Below are positions 9,621 through 18,470 of a stretch of 64,000 nt of DNA, piece by piece. The stretch comes from an uncultured bacterium (GTDB taxonomy: Bacteria; Acidobacteriota; Thermoanaerobaculia; Multivoradales; JAHZIX01). Position 1 is the stretch's first letter. Each line of letters starts with the position of its first letter. A model generated the notes under the pieces. It was not told the DNA's origin and ran no database searches. It saw nothing but the letters and a program-made list of their open reading frames with translations. Position numbers and translations under genes: made by a program. The stretch lies in contig CBDUPA010000012.1 in assembly GCA_965368975.1 (NCBI GenBank), forward strand, positions 96,001 through 160,000, in the 5' to 3' direction.

Positions 9621-10169
9621 CTACAGGGCTTCCGGCAGCGCGAGGCTGCGATCGACCCCCTCGAGACCAGCGGCCAGGTCGAGATCGAGACCGGTGACGC
9701 CGCGGCGCACAGCTGGGCTCGCCACCTCGACGCGGAGGCTCGGGCCGTCGATGCTCAGCCGCGGTGGGTGACGCAGCTTGCGAGCCACCGCGGCGATGGC
9801 GTTGGCGAAGGCGCAGGCGGCGGTGAAGTCCGGGAAGCGGTACTGCTTCTGCAACCCGCGTTCGCCTTCCTGCCAGCCCGGCAGGCGCTGTAGTTCGAGC
9901 GCCAGCTGCGCCGTCTCGACTTCGCCGACCTTGGTGTGCCCGGTACGGCTGGCTGTGGACAGTCGGCTGCAGCCACCGGTGGCGTCGACGGTGGTGCTGT
10001 CGGCTTGCCGCTCCGCATCGCTACCGATGCGTTCTGCTTTGAGCTTGTCGACGCTGCCGAGGCTTTCGATAGGGGGGCCTACACGCGCGGAGTCTGCGCT
10101 CGGGGAGCCCGCGCCGCGGCGAGTGTCGGTCGAGCGAGGGGAGCGTTGTCGTGCATGGGTTTTACTCAT
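9621..10169 (-). CDS. Pterin-4-alpha-carbinolamine dehydratase (PCD/DCoH)-like protein with degenerate active site
   Basis: LPGWQ...LQKQYRFPDFTAACAFANAIA...GVTGLDLDLA matches the PCD fold; canonical HHP and TH motifs are replaced (RHPP, ASP); start chosen at the ATG with AAGGA RBS. Confidence 0.7.
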   Translation of the reverse strand: MSKTHARQRSPRSTDTRRGAGSPSADSARVGPPIESLGSVDKLKAERIGSDAERQADSTTVDATGGCSRLSTASRTGHTKVGEVETAQLALELQRLPGWQEGERGLQKQYRFPDFTAACAFANAIAAVARKLRHPPRLSIDGPSLRVEVASPAVRRGVTGLDLDLAAGLEGVDRSLALPEAL

Positions 10170-10791
10170 GGTCGTGTCATCCTTGATGAAGTGGGTTCGA
10201 GGTGAGTTTCGGCGGTAGCGCGCATGAATTCCTGCTGCAATCTCCTTGGATTCGCGCTCATTGCAATGAAATTCATGCGCGATCTGGGGGCAGCTTAGGG
10301 ATGCGATGCTGGCTTTGTCAAGTCTTAGGCAACGCAAAGGCATAGATTTTTATGCGGCTGATGCCGATCTGGACTGGAGGAAGCGTGTTCAGGCGAGTTC
10401 CGAAGGGCACGGCGAATCGCACCTCGGCAAGGAGGTGGGGAGGGAGCGGTCTGGGTACTGCAGAGTTGCCTCAGATCAAAGGGAATATTTCTTCTGCAAG
10501 ATCAAATGTTCGCAGGAAGGGGGGGTGGCCCTGGGTTGTCGCCGCTGTGCGAGAGGCGTAGGATGGCCGTTTCGAGAAGCTGAGGAAGGGCGTAAGTAGT
10601 GCTAGAGGAACGAGTTGCGGGAGGAGGTCTACCGTCTCGGTGGCTGCTGGAGCAGCCCGCAAGAACGCCTGCGATAGTCTCTCTGGAGGCGACGGCTTGC
10701 TGAATGGGGCAAGTCGGCCTGAGTGTCTATATACATCTCAGTGGTATCCGTCATGAGGGCGGTGCCAAACATGGTGAAAAGGAGATGCGAA

Positions 10792-10890
10792 ATGCTGAAG
10801 TATGGTGAGGCGAAGAAGGCTGTCTACAGAGGATCGCTTATCGACCCGATCGGGTTTGATAGAGGGTCATTGATCGATCCCATCGGATAG
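10792..10890 (+). CDS. Unannotated 32-aa peptide MLKYGEAKKAVYRGSLIDPIGFDRGSLIDPIG
   Basis: AAGGAG RBS at 10779-10784; two identical RGSLIDPIG units encoded with several synonymous differences; hairpin downstream; below the ORF-track length cutoff. Confidence 0.75.
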   Translation: MLKYGEAKKAVYRGSLIDPIGFDRGSLIDPIG

Positions 10891-10953
10891 CCCCGCTGTC
10901 TCGGTCCTTCCGAGTCTAAACTGCTGAATCCCCCCCATCGTACTTCCCCATAT

Positions 10954-10978
10954 GGCCCCGGGTGGCAGGCCCGGGGCC
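10954..10978 (+). terminator. GC-rich stem-loop after the peptide gene
   Basis: GGCCCCGGG-tggcagg-CCCGGGGCC, perfect 9-bp stem, no clear U-tract. Confidence 0.45.
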
Positions 10979-11163
10979 TCGACTTGCGTCAGTTACCGAC
11001 CTCGACTACACTTTCGTCGATCCAGTAATATCTTTCCCGCAACCGGCTTGAATTCTGTCTTTCATGGATCACCGAATACTGGAAACGCCCGTGCGCTGTG
11101 ATCCGCAGGGCGACTGTTGACGCATTGGCACCATGCTACAGTGACCTAGGAGGACGAGACACC

Positions 11164-12441
11164 ATGACGGCATCCCATCCGGAACCGCTGCCGCTGACCT
11201 TGATTGCCGAGTATCTTGACGGATCCGCCGACGCCAACTCATTCTGGGACGATTGGGTGTCGGTTCTGCTGGAGAACCCGCGGTTCGCGGCCAGTTTCCA
11301 CCGCCTCTTGGGGCTGAGCGAAGAGTTCAGCTTGCCGCAGCTGAGCCGGGTCGCCTACGAGGGCCCGGAGGCACGCGAGCTATTGCAGCGTCTGCGCTGC
11401 TTGCCGCCAGCGAGGCAGTGGCGCGAGGCACGCAATGCCAGTTGGGTGGTCAATTGGTGTTTGGTGCGCCTCTTGCTGCGAGAGAATCTCCGCATCACTC
11501 CGCAGGACGTGCACGAGGGCGGCCGCCTGGCGCGTTTGGCCCTGATGCTGGTGCGACGCTTGCCGGCTGCAGTCTACGGCACTGAGCGCTTGGCCGAACT
11601 GAGGGCACTGGCCTGGGCCAATCTGGCCAATGTCTATCGCGTGCGCGGTGATCTCAAGCAGGCCGACGCTCTCATGCAGCGTGCACTGCGTCGCCTCGGA
11701 GGAGAGCCGCTGCAAGAGCCCGGTCTGCGAGCGGATCTGCACCTGATTCAGGGTTCCATGCTCTACGATCAGCGGCAACTCGGTGCCGCCCGGATGGCCT
11801 TCGAGCAAGGCTTGAATCTCTGTCAGCACCCGCTTCGGCAAGAAACGGCCGCTATGCTTCAGATGCGGCTGGCCGCTCTGGACTACGAGGTGGCACACCT
11901 AGACAGTGCAATTGAGAGGACCGAGGCGGCCCTACGACTCATCGGCAAGTCTGGGGCTACGCGGCTCTTTGTGCAAGCGAGCTTCAATCTTGCGGATCTG
12001 TTTGCCCGAGCGGGCCGCTTCGACGAGGCGATGGCGCAGCTGTCTCAGCATCGGCAAGCCCTGCAAGTCTATGGGACGCCGAGTGATCAGTGCCGCGCCA
12101 ACTGGTGCGAGGGGATCATCCACCAGGGGCTTGGCGAATTTGGCGCGGCAGTGAAATGCTACGCGCGCGCAAAAAAAGCTTTCCTTTCTCTGGATTTGTG
12201 GTACGATGCAGCCATTGTCACGCTGGAGTTGGCTAGCTTACTGCTCGAACACGGCAAAACAGCTGAAGTCAAGCAACTAGCGCTCGACACGCACAAGCTC
12301 TTTGAAATCCAGGACGTCGACCGCGAAGCTCTTGCAGCGCTAGAGCTCTTCCGCGAGGCAGCGACGCAGGAAGCCTTGTCGATCGAGATGCTGCAACGCA
12401 TCGAAGCCGACTTCCGGCAAGCCTGCCGTGTCTCCGCTTAG
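11164..12441 (+). CDS. Tetratricopeptide-repeat protein
   Basis: AGGAGG RBS before ATG 11164; TPR-like helices (ALAWANLANVYRVRGDLKQAD, SFNLADLFARAGRFDEA, GIIHQGLGEFGAAVKCYARA); no signal peptide. Confidence 0.75.
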   Translation: MTASHPEPLPLTLIAEYLDGSADANSFWDDWVSVLLENPRFAASFHRLLGLSEEFSLPQLSRVAYEGPEARELLQRLRCLPPARQWREARNASWVVNWCLVRLLLRENLRITPQDVHEGGRLARLALMLVRRLPAAVYGTERLAELRALAWANLANVYRVRGDLKQADALMQRALRRLGGEPLQEPGLRADLHLIQGSMLYDQRQLGAARMAFEQGLNLCQHPLRQETAAMLQMRLAALDYEVAHLDSAIERTEAALRLIGKSGATRLFVQASFNLADLFARAGRFDEAMAQLSQHRQALQVYGTPSDQCRANWCEGIIHQGLGEFGAAVKCYARAKKAFLSLDLWYDAAIVTLELASLLLEHGKTAEVKQLALDTHKLFEIQDVDREALAALELFREAATQEALSIEMLQRIEADFRQACRVSA

Positions 12442-12567
12442 GCCTTGCGCCTGGGCGTTGGAGATCGCCGCGACATTTCTGGATATCTACACTTGGTGCA
12501 CCAGCCTGGCGACCATCAGTAGCCTGATGGCCATCCTTCTGGTAGCTGGAACCTAAGAAATCGAGTT

Positions 12568-12646
12568 GGCCGGTGTAGGCGAACGGTCGGAGTTAAACCA
12601 GACTTCCGCCAAGTTTCCCGTTCGTCTACACCGGCCTTTAGTTTTT
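12568..12646 (+). terminator. Long inverted repeat with T-rich tail between convergent genes
   Basis: GGCCGGTGTAGGCGAACGG (12568-12586) pairs with CCGTTCGTCTACACCGGCC (12618-12636), one G-U pair; followed by TTTAGTTTTT. Confidence 0.6.
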
Positions 12647-12702
12647 GGGGCCTCGAGTTCTTAGGGCCCTCGGCTATTGAGCCCTTCAGTTCTGGGGAGA
12701 GC

Positions 12703-13260
12703 CTAGCGGAAGCAGGGGCGCTCCGGCCACGGGACGCGTTGCGGTAGATCTTGCGGTTCGGGAGTGGCCTGCAACTGACCCTGCAGAGCTGCCTCGACGG
12801 TCACACCGTCCGGCGCCAGCGGGTGATCCGGCAGCAGCTCGGCCAGGGGAAGCAGGGCGAACAGGCGTTGCTGGAGCCGTGGATGCGGCAGGGTGAGTTC
12901 CGGGCGCTGCAGGTGGGTGCTGCCGTAGAGCAGCAGATCGATGTCGAGAAGGCGCGCTGCGTTGCGCTGGCGCCGACGCCGGCCGGCGGCCAGCTCCAGC
13001 GCCTGGGTGACGGCCAGGACGGCCGTGGCCGGCAGTCGACAGTCGCCGGTCAGCACGGCGTTGAGGTAGGGAGGCTGGGTTGCAGTCAGGGGCTGGGCTG
13101 TGTCCGTGGACTCGGACTGGGGCAGCCACAGGGGGCTACGATAGAGGCCGGAGAGACGGGCGTGGCGCAGGCGCAGGCGATGCTGCAGAACGCGGGCAGC
13201 CTGCGCCAGGGTCGTTGCGACGTTGCCCAGGTTGGCACCCAGGCCCAGGGCCAGGACGAC
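12703..13260 (-). CDS. folK: 2-amino-4-hydroxy-6-hydroxymethyldihydropteridine diphosphokinase (start uncertain)
   Basis: In-frame ALGLGANLG, QPPYLNAV, RLLDIDLLLY, LTLPHPRLQQRLFALLPLAEL; frame is open upstream of the ORF-track start at 13056. Confidence 0.88.
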   Translation of the reverse strand, partial: VVLALGLGANLGNVATTLAQAARVLQHRLRLRHARLSGLYRSPLWLPQSESTDTAQPLTATQPPYLNAVLTGDCRLPATAVLAVTQALELAAGRRRRQRNAARLLDIDLLLYGSTHLQRPELTLPHPRLQQRLFALLPLAELLPDHPLAPDGVTVEAALQGQLQATPEPQDLPQRVPWPERPCFR

Positions 13261-13270
13261 GGCCGGGGAA

Positions 13271-13609
13271 TCAGTCGTCGTCGTCCTCGTCGTCGCTGTC
13301 GTCGTCGTCGCTCAGGTCGGCACCTTCGAGTTCGCTCTCGAGGTCGTCATCCTCGAGATCGTCGTCGTCCTCGTCGTCATCTTTGGCGCCGTCCTCGAGC
13401 AGGTCCGAGTTGTCCTTCTTCGGCGCCTTCTCTTTCTCGGTCTTGACGGCGACGGGCGGTGGCGGTGCCGCGGCAGGCTTGCTCTTGCCGCTCGCCGGCG
13501 CTACCGGGGTGGCGCACTTGGGACAGGCGGGTTGCGGTCGGCCCAGGTCGTAAAACTTGGTGCTGCACTCACTGCAGGTGTGCTTGGTGCCCAGCTTGTT
13601 TTCAGCCAT
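13271..13609 (-). CDS. TIGR02300/FYDLN-acid family zinc-ribbon protein
   Basis: LGTKHTCSECSTKFYDLGRPQPACPKC followed by a highly acidic tail. Confidence 0.9.
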   Translation of the reverse strand: MAENKLGTKHTCSECSTKFYDLGRPQPACPKCATPVAPASGKSKPAAAPPPPVAVKTEKEKAPKKDNSDLLEDGAKDDDEDDDDLEDDDLESELEGADLSDDDDSDDEDDDD

Positions 13610-13775
13610 GATGAAAATCAGCCCCGTAGATCGGTTCAGCCGTTGGATTCGTCCCACATGGGAATCTGTCGACGTGCCGCGAAGAGCGCTTGCCCCCGGC
13701 GCGGCGGGAAGATACCATGCCGCAGGTCCGCGCTGGGACCAGTTCGGCTGGAAGCAGCGCTTCTTATACCCCAAG

Positions 13776-14591
13776 ATGCGAATGTCGACAACGATTTCTA
13801 CTGCAAGTTCCCTGACGTCGTGGCTGGCCAATGTCGCCCGCTACGGGGCGATCGCGCTGCTGGCGCTGCTTCTGGCAGCTTCGCTGCTGGCGCCTGCGTT
13901 GATCGCTCAGGCGTCCGATGTACCCGATCCTTCCGAGCCCGGGCTGAGCGCTGACGAGCAACTGCGCCGGCTGCTGGCTCGTGTTCAGTACGAGCAGCGC
14001 AACACGCGCACGCTGCACGCCGACTTCCGGCTGCTGCAGCAGAGTGAGCTGCTGCTCGAGCCGCAAGAGTCGTCCGGCGAGCTGTTCTACCGTGCACCGG
14101 ACGAGGTGCGCTGGGAGTACAGTTCCCCTGAACCGATGACGGTGGTCATTCGCGAGGATCGTATGCTCACCTGGTACCGCGATCTGCATCGAGCCGAGCG
14201 GGCGCAGGTGGGCAGTTATTCCGAGCGGGTGATGAAGTATCTCAACGCTGCCAACTCCTTGGACGCGTTGCTCGAATACTTCGACGCCCGGGTCAGCTTC
14301 GCGCAGCTCGACCAGCCCTACCAGGTCAAGCTGGAGGCCAACAGCCCGCGCGTGGCGCGGCGTCTGAGTGGCATGACGCTGTGGATCGACCGCGAGCTGT
14401 ACCGGCCGGTGAAGATCATCGTCGAATCGGCGGACGGCGACGTGACGGAGTTCCAGTTCGAGAACTTCCGGGTCAACGGTGAGTTGCCCGAGGGCGTGTT
14501 CGACGTCGAGCTACCACCGGACGTCGAAGTGCGCGACGTCGAGCTGGGTAGTTCCAGCTCTGGAGCCGCCGCGAGCGGCGGTCACTTCTGA
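13776..14591 (+). CDS. lolA: LolA-like outer-membrane lipoprotein carrier protein
   Basis: Signal peptide; TLHADFRLLQ, SGELFYRAPDEVRWEYSSP, LWIDRE, FENFRVNGELPEGVF. Confidence 0.75.
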   Translation: MRMSTTISTASSLTSWLANVARYGAIALLALLLAASLLAPALIAQASDVPDPSEPGLSADEQLRRLLARVQYEQRNTRTLHADFRLLQQSELLLEPQESSGELFYRAPDEVRWEYSSPEPMTVVIREDRMLTWYRDLHRAERAQVGSYSERVMKYLNAANSLDALLEYFDARVSFAQLDQPYQVKLEANSPRVARRLSGMTLWIDRELYRPVKIIVESADGDVTEFQFENFRVNGELPEGVFDVELPPDVEVRDVELGSSSSGAAASGGHF

Positions 14592-14619
14592 GCCCTGGCC
14601 GCGAGCGGGGGGAGCTGCG

Positions 14620-16272
14620 ATGAGCGACGACCAGTTCAAGTGGCCGGTCTCGGACACGCCGCCTCCCAGGAGCATGCCGACGGGGAGCCGGCCGCCGGGT
14701 GGTTTCGACTTCCCGTCGCGCCGCGGCTTCCTGGGCCGACCGGGGGGCCGCTACCGTGCTGGCGTTTTCGCCTGTGGTGGCGGCGGGCTCGGCCCGATCC
14801 GTTTCGATCTCCTGCCGCCGGAGGAGGACGTCAAGGAGCCGCCGGAGTTCGCCACCTTCATCGGCCAGCGCTTCATGGGCATTCCGGTGGAGTGGGAGCA
14901 GACGCATCTGCCGACCCACATGCGCGAGCCACCGCGCGAGCTCGAGGAGAGCCCGAGTGCGGTTGCCGTGCGCGAAGGACGGCTGGAGCGGCGCGGTCGT
15001 CTGGGCCGCCTGGTGACGCCGCACGGTGCCATCTTCACGCCCGCCTTCATGCCGGTGGGCACGCTCGGTGCGGTCAAAGGCTTGCCGTCCTGGGAGCTCG
15101 AAGCCCTGGGCGCCAACGTCATGCTGAGCAACTTCTACCACCTGGCGGTGCGGCCCGGTCTCGAGCAGATCATCGCTGCCGGTGGTGTGCACGACTTCAC
15201 CGGCTGGCGTGGCCCGATTCTCACCGACAGCGGCGGCTACCAGATCTGGAGCCTGCCGGATCTGCGCAAGATCGACGACGACGGCGTCAGCTTCCGCAAC
15301 CATGTTGACGGCTCGCCGATGCGCCTGACGCCCGAGTCGGTGGTCGACGGCCAGTACTGGATCGGCGTCGACATCGCCATGGTGCTGGACGAATGCCCGC
15401 CGGCCGGCGGTAGCTACGAGGAAGTAGCGGCGTCCTGGAAGCGCACGCTGGCGTGGGCCGGCCGGGCGCGCGACGCCTGGGCGCGCCACGACGCCGAGGC
15501 CGGGCTGTTCGGCATCGTCCAGGGCGGTGTCTACGATGACCTGCGTCGGCGCGCGGCACGCGATCTCGAAGACCTCGACTTCGACGGCTACGCCATCGGT
15601 GGTGTCAGCGTCGGTGAGCCGGAGGCCGACCGCCGCCGCGTCGTCGAGGTGACGGCACCCGAGTTGCCCTTCGACAAACCGCGCTACCTGATGGGGGTCG
15701 GCTATCCGCTCGACATCGGTCACGCCGTGCTGCACGGTGTCGACCTGTTCGACTGCGTGCTGCCGTCGCGCAATGCTCGCCATGGCTTGCTGTTCCAGCG
15801 CGGCGGGGGTGTCGTCAAGATCAAGAACTCCCGCTACCAGCATGCCCACGGCCCGATCGACGCCGCCTGCGCCTGCCCGGTGTGCCAGCAACACACGCTG
15901 GCCTTCGTGCACCATCTCTTCCGCTGTGGCGACATCACAGGCCAGGTCTTGGCGACGGTGCACAATGTCTACCATTACCTTGACTTTATGTCGGAGCTTC
16001 GGCAAGCTATCGCGACCGGTGTGCTGGTGGAAACCATCGCCGACTGGTGTGGTGTCGATCCGGCTGAGCTGAACGTCAGCGAAGAAGAAGCCGAACTCGC
16101 CCGCCAGGGTGTGGCGCTTCGGGAGCGGGAACGCGAACGGTTCGAAGAAGAATCGATTCGCCCGACTGCCGAGGAGTGGGCCGCGTCGAAACGGTTGGCG
16201 ACACAAGCGGCGCAATACGCCGACGCCACAACCGCTCCGGCGCCCGCTCACAAGCCGAAGAGAAGGTCGTAG
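14620..16272 (+). CDS. tgt: Queuine tRNA-ribosyltransferase with N- and C-terminal extensions
   Basis: TPAFMPVGT, LTDSGGYQ, LDECP, GIVQGG, GGVSVGE, PRYLMGVG, FDCVLPSRNAR, Zn motif CACPVC...H; synteny with yajC-secDF. Confidence 0.95.
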   Translation: MSDDQFKWPVSDTPPPRSMPTGSRPPGGFDFPSRRGFLGRPGGRYRAGVFACGGGGLGPIRFDLLPPEEDVKEPPEFATFIGQRFMGIPVEWEQTHLPTHMREPPRELEESPSAVAVREGRLERRGRLGRLVTPHGAIFTPAFMPVGTLGAVKGLPSWELEALGANVMLSNFYHLAVRPGLEQIIAAGGVHDFTGWRGPILTDSGGYQIWSLPDLRKIDDDGVSFRNHVDGSPMRLTPESVVDGQYWIGVDIAMVLDECPPAGGSYEEVAASWKRTLAWAGRARDAWARHDAEAGLFGIVQGGVYDDLRRRAARDLEDLDFDGYAIGGVSVGEPEADRRRVVEVTAPELPFDKPRYLMGVGYPLDIGHAVLHGVDLFDCVLPSRNARHGLLFQRGGGVVKIKNSRYQHAHGPIDAACACPVCQQHTLAFVHHLFRCGDITGQVLATVHNVYHYLDFMSELRQAIATGVLVETIADWCGVDPAELNVSEEEAELARQGVALRERERERFEEESIRPTAEEWAASKRLATQAAQYADATTAPAPAHKPKRRS

Positions 16273-16471
16273 CCAAGATCTCGTGACGAGCTTCGTGACG
16301 GAGCGCGCTACGACAAGCCACAGACTGCCCTCCGCCGGCAACGTCCGCCGCTAGGAGCGAAACAACCCCCGAGTCAGAAGAATCCGCGAGCCGAGCGGTC
16401 ACGGTCCGTTTCGGGACCGTCGGAGAAGCGTCGCCTCGGTGCCCGCGGGGCAAAGTTTTCAGGAGCACAAC

Positions 16472-16873
16472 ATGTCGATTTCATGGCTGCCCACGTGGAT
16501 TGGGCCGCTCGCCACGGATGCTTTGGCTGGTCCTTTCAGCACGTTGGAAGGGCTGGGTAGGTTCTTGGCGCAGGCCGGCGGAGCGGGTGCAAGCGCGTTC
16601 GGTCAGCTGGCGCCGATCATCATCATCGTCGTCATCTTCTACATCATCGTCTTCCTGCCGCTGCGCAAGCAGCGCAAGCAGCACGCCACGATGTTGGAAG
16701 AACTACAGAAGGGCGACAAGGTGGTGACCAACGGCGGCCTTTACGCCGAAATCGTGTCGGTGGACGCGGACACCGTGATCGTCAAGGTGGCCGACAACGT
16801 CAAGCTCCGCATGATGAAGTCCGCGGTGGCGGGCAAGCAGGGTGAGGAACTCACCGGGAGCACGCAACAATGA
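16472..16873 (+). CDS. yajC: Preprotein translocase subunit YajC
   Basis: TM helix then LQKGDKVVTNGGLYAEIV; AGGAG RBS; located between tgt and secD. Confidence 0.93.
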   Translation: MSISWLPTWIGPLATDALAGPFSTLEGLGRFLAQAGGAGASAFGQLAPIIIIVVIFYIIVFLPLRKQRKQHATMLEELQKGDKVVTNGGLYAEIVSVDADTVIVKVADNVKLRMMKSAVAGKQGEELTGSTQQ

Positions 16874-18453
16874 ACAACAGTCTAGTGATTCGCGCCCTGG
16901 TGATCTTGGGCGTCTTGGTGTGGGCGGCGTTCTCCGCTTACCCGCCGCAGGAGAGCATCAACCTCGGCCTCGACCTGCGCGGCGGCATGCACTTGGTGCT
17001 GGAGGTCGAGACCAACGACGCTCTGCGCGCCGAGACCGACCAGGACATGGACACGATGCGGGGCCAGCTGGCCGAAGAGGGCATCACCGGTGTGGTGCTC
17101 GAACGCAGTGCCCCGGCGGCCGACGGTAGCGTCTTCGCTTTCACCCTCAGCGGTGTGCCCGCTGGCGAGGACGACACGGTCGATCAGATCCACACGGATT
17201 ACCTCGGCGACGATTGGGACATGAGCCGCAGCGGTGACACCTACCGCTTCAGCCTGACCGAGAGTGCCAAGCGCGACCTGCGCAGCCGCACCGTCGACCA
17301 GGCGCGGCGCACCATCGAGCGGCGTGTCGACGCGTACGGCGTCGCCGAGCCGGCGATCCAGCGTCAAGGTTTCGGCGACAGCGAGCGGCTGGTCGTCCAG
17401 CTCCCCGGTGTCGACGACCCGGAGCGCGTCAAGGACCTGATTCAGGACACCGCTTTCCTCGAGTTCCGCCTGCTCGATGAGCGCACTCCCAACGGCGCCG
17501 GCACGCGCGAGCAACTGCTGTCTCAGTTCGGCGGTACCCTGCCGGCCGACGTCGAGATCTTCCCCAGCGTGCTGGGACCCGAAGAGAGCGGCGAGCAGTT
17601 CTACGCCGTACAGGCCTCCAGCGTGCTCACCGGTCGCGACCTGCGCAACGCGTCGGTAGGAGCCGGCGAGTTCAACGAGCCGGTGGTGAACTTCCGTCTC
17701 AGCTACGAGAAGGGCACCCAGTTCGGCGAGATGACCTCGTCCAACATCGGTCGCCGCATGGCCATCATCCTCGACGGCCAGGTGCTGTCGGCGCCCTCGA
17801 TCAACGGTCGCATCAATGATCGCGGCATGATCGAAGGTGGCTTCGACCAGGCCGAGGCGCTCGACCTGTCGCTGGCCCTCAAGTCCGGTGCGCTGCCCGC
17901 CGGCATCACCACCCTGGAAGAGCGCACCGTTGGCCCGTCGCTGGGCCAGGACTCGATCGACCAGGGCCTCGAGGCTGGCCTCTACGGCGCCGGCTTGGTG
18001 GTGGTGCTGATGTTGGTCGTCTACCTGCTGTCGGGCATGAACGCCATCTTCGTGCTGGCGATGAACGTGGTGCTGGTGTTCGGCGCTCTGGCATCGCTCG
18101 GCGCCACGCTGACGCTGCCCGGTATCGCCGGCATCATCCTGACCATCGGCATGGCGGTCGACGCCAACGTGCTGATCTTCGAGCGCATCCGCGAAGAGCT
18201 GCGGATCAAGCCGGTGAAGGCGGCGGTCAAGGCCGGCTTCGAGAAGGCTTTCTCGTCGATCCTGGACGCCAACGTCACCACCCTGATCGCGGCGATCTTC
18301 CTGTTCCAGTTTGGCACCGGCCCGATCCGCGGCTTCGCCGTCACGCTCAGCGTCGGCATCTTCGCTTCGGTGTTCACCGCGGTCTTCGTGAGCCGCTTCC
18401 TCTTTGACCTGTGGCTCTCCCGCTCGACGGCGGTGGAATCGATCTCGATTTGA
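16870..18453 (+). CDS. secD: Protein translocase subunit SecD
   Basis: LGLDLRGG, GVAEPAIQ, VGPSLGQDSI, LTLPGIAGIILTIGMAVDANVLIFERIREE. Confidence 0.97.
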   Translation: MNNSLVIRALVILGVLVWAAFSAYPPQESINLGLDLRGGMHLVLEVETNDALRAETDQDMDTMRGQLAEEGITGVVLERSAPAADGSVFAFTLSGVPAGEDDTVDQIHTDYLGDDWDMSRSGDTYRFSLTESAKRDLRSRTVDQARRTIERRVDAYGVAEPAIQRQGFGDSERLVVQLPGVDDPERVKDLIQDTAFLEFRLLDERTPNGAGTREQLLSQFGGTLPADVEIFPSVLGPEESGEQFYAVQASSVLTGRDLRNASVGAGEFNEPVVNFRLSYEKGTQFGEMTSSNIGRRMAIILDGQVLSAPSINGRINDRGMIEGGFDQAEALDLSLALKSGALPAGITTLEERTVGPSLGQDSIDQGLEAGLYGAGLVVVLMLVVYLLSGMNAIFVLAMNVVLVFGALASLGATLTLPGIAGIILTIGMAVDANVLIFERIREELRIKPVKAAVKAGFEKAFSSILDANVTTLIAAIFLFQFGTGPIRGFAVTLSVGIFASVFTAVFVSRFLFDLWLSRSTAVESISI

Positions 18454-18470
18454 CGGAGGCGTAGCCTGAT

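Noticed and set aside
8048-12700. dusA-associated integrative island
   Set aside because: The cassette is next to the 5' end of dusA, but no integrase, duplicated dusA fragment or att repeats were seen.
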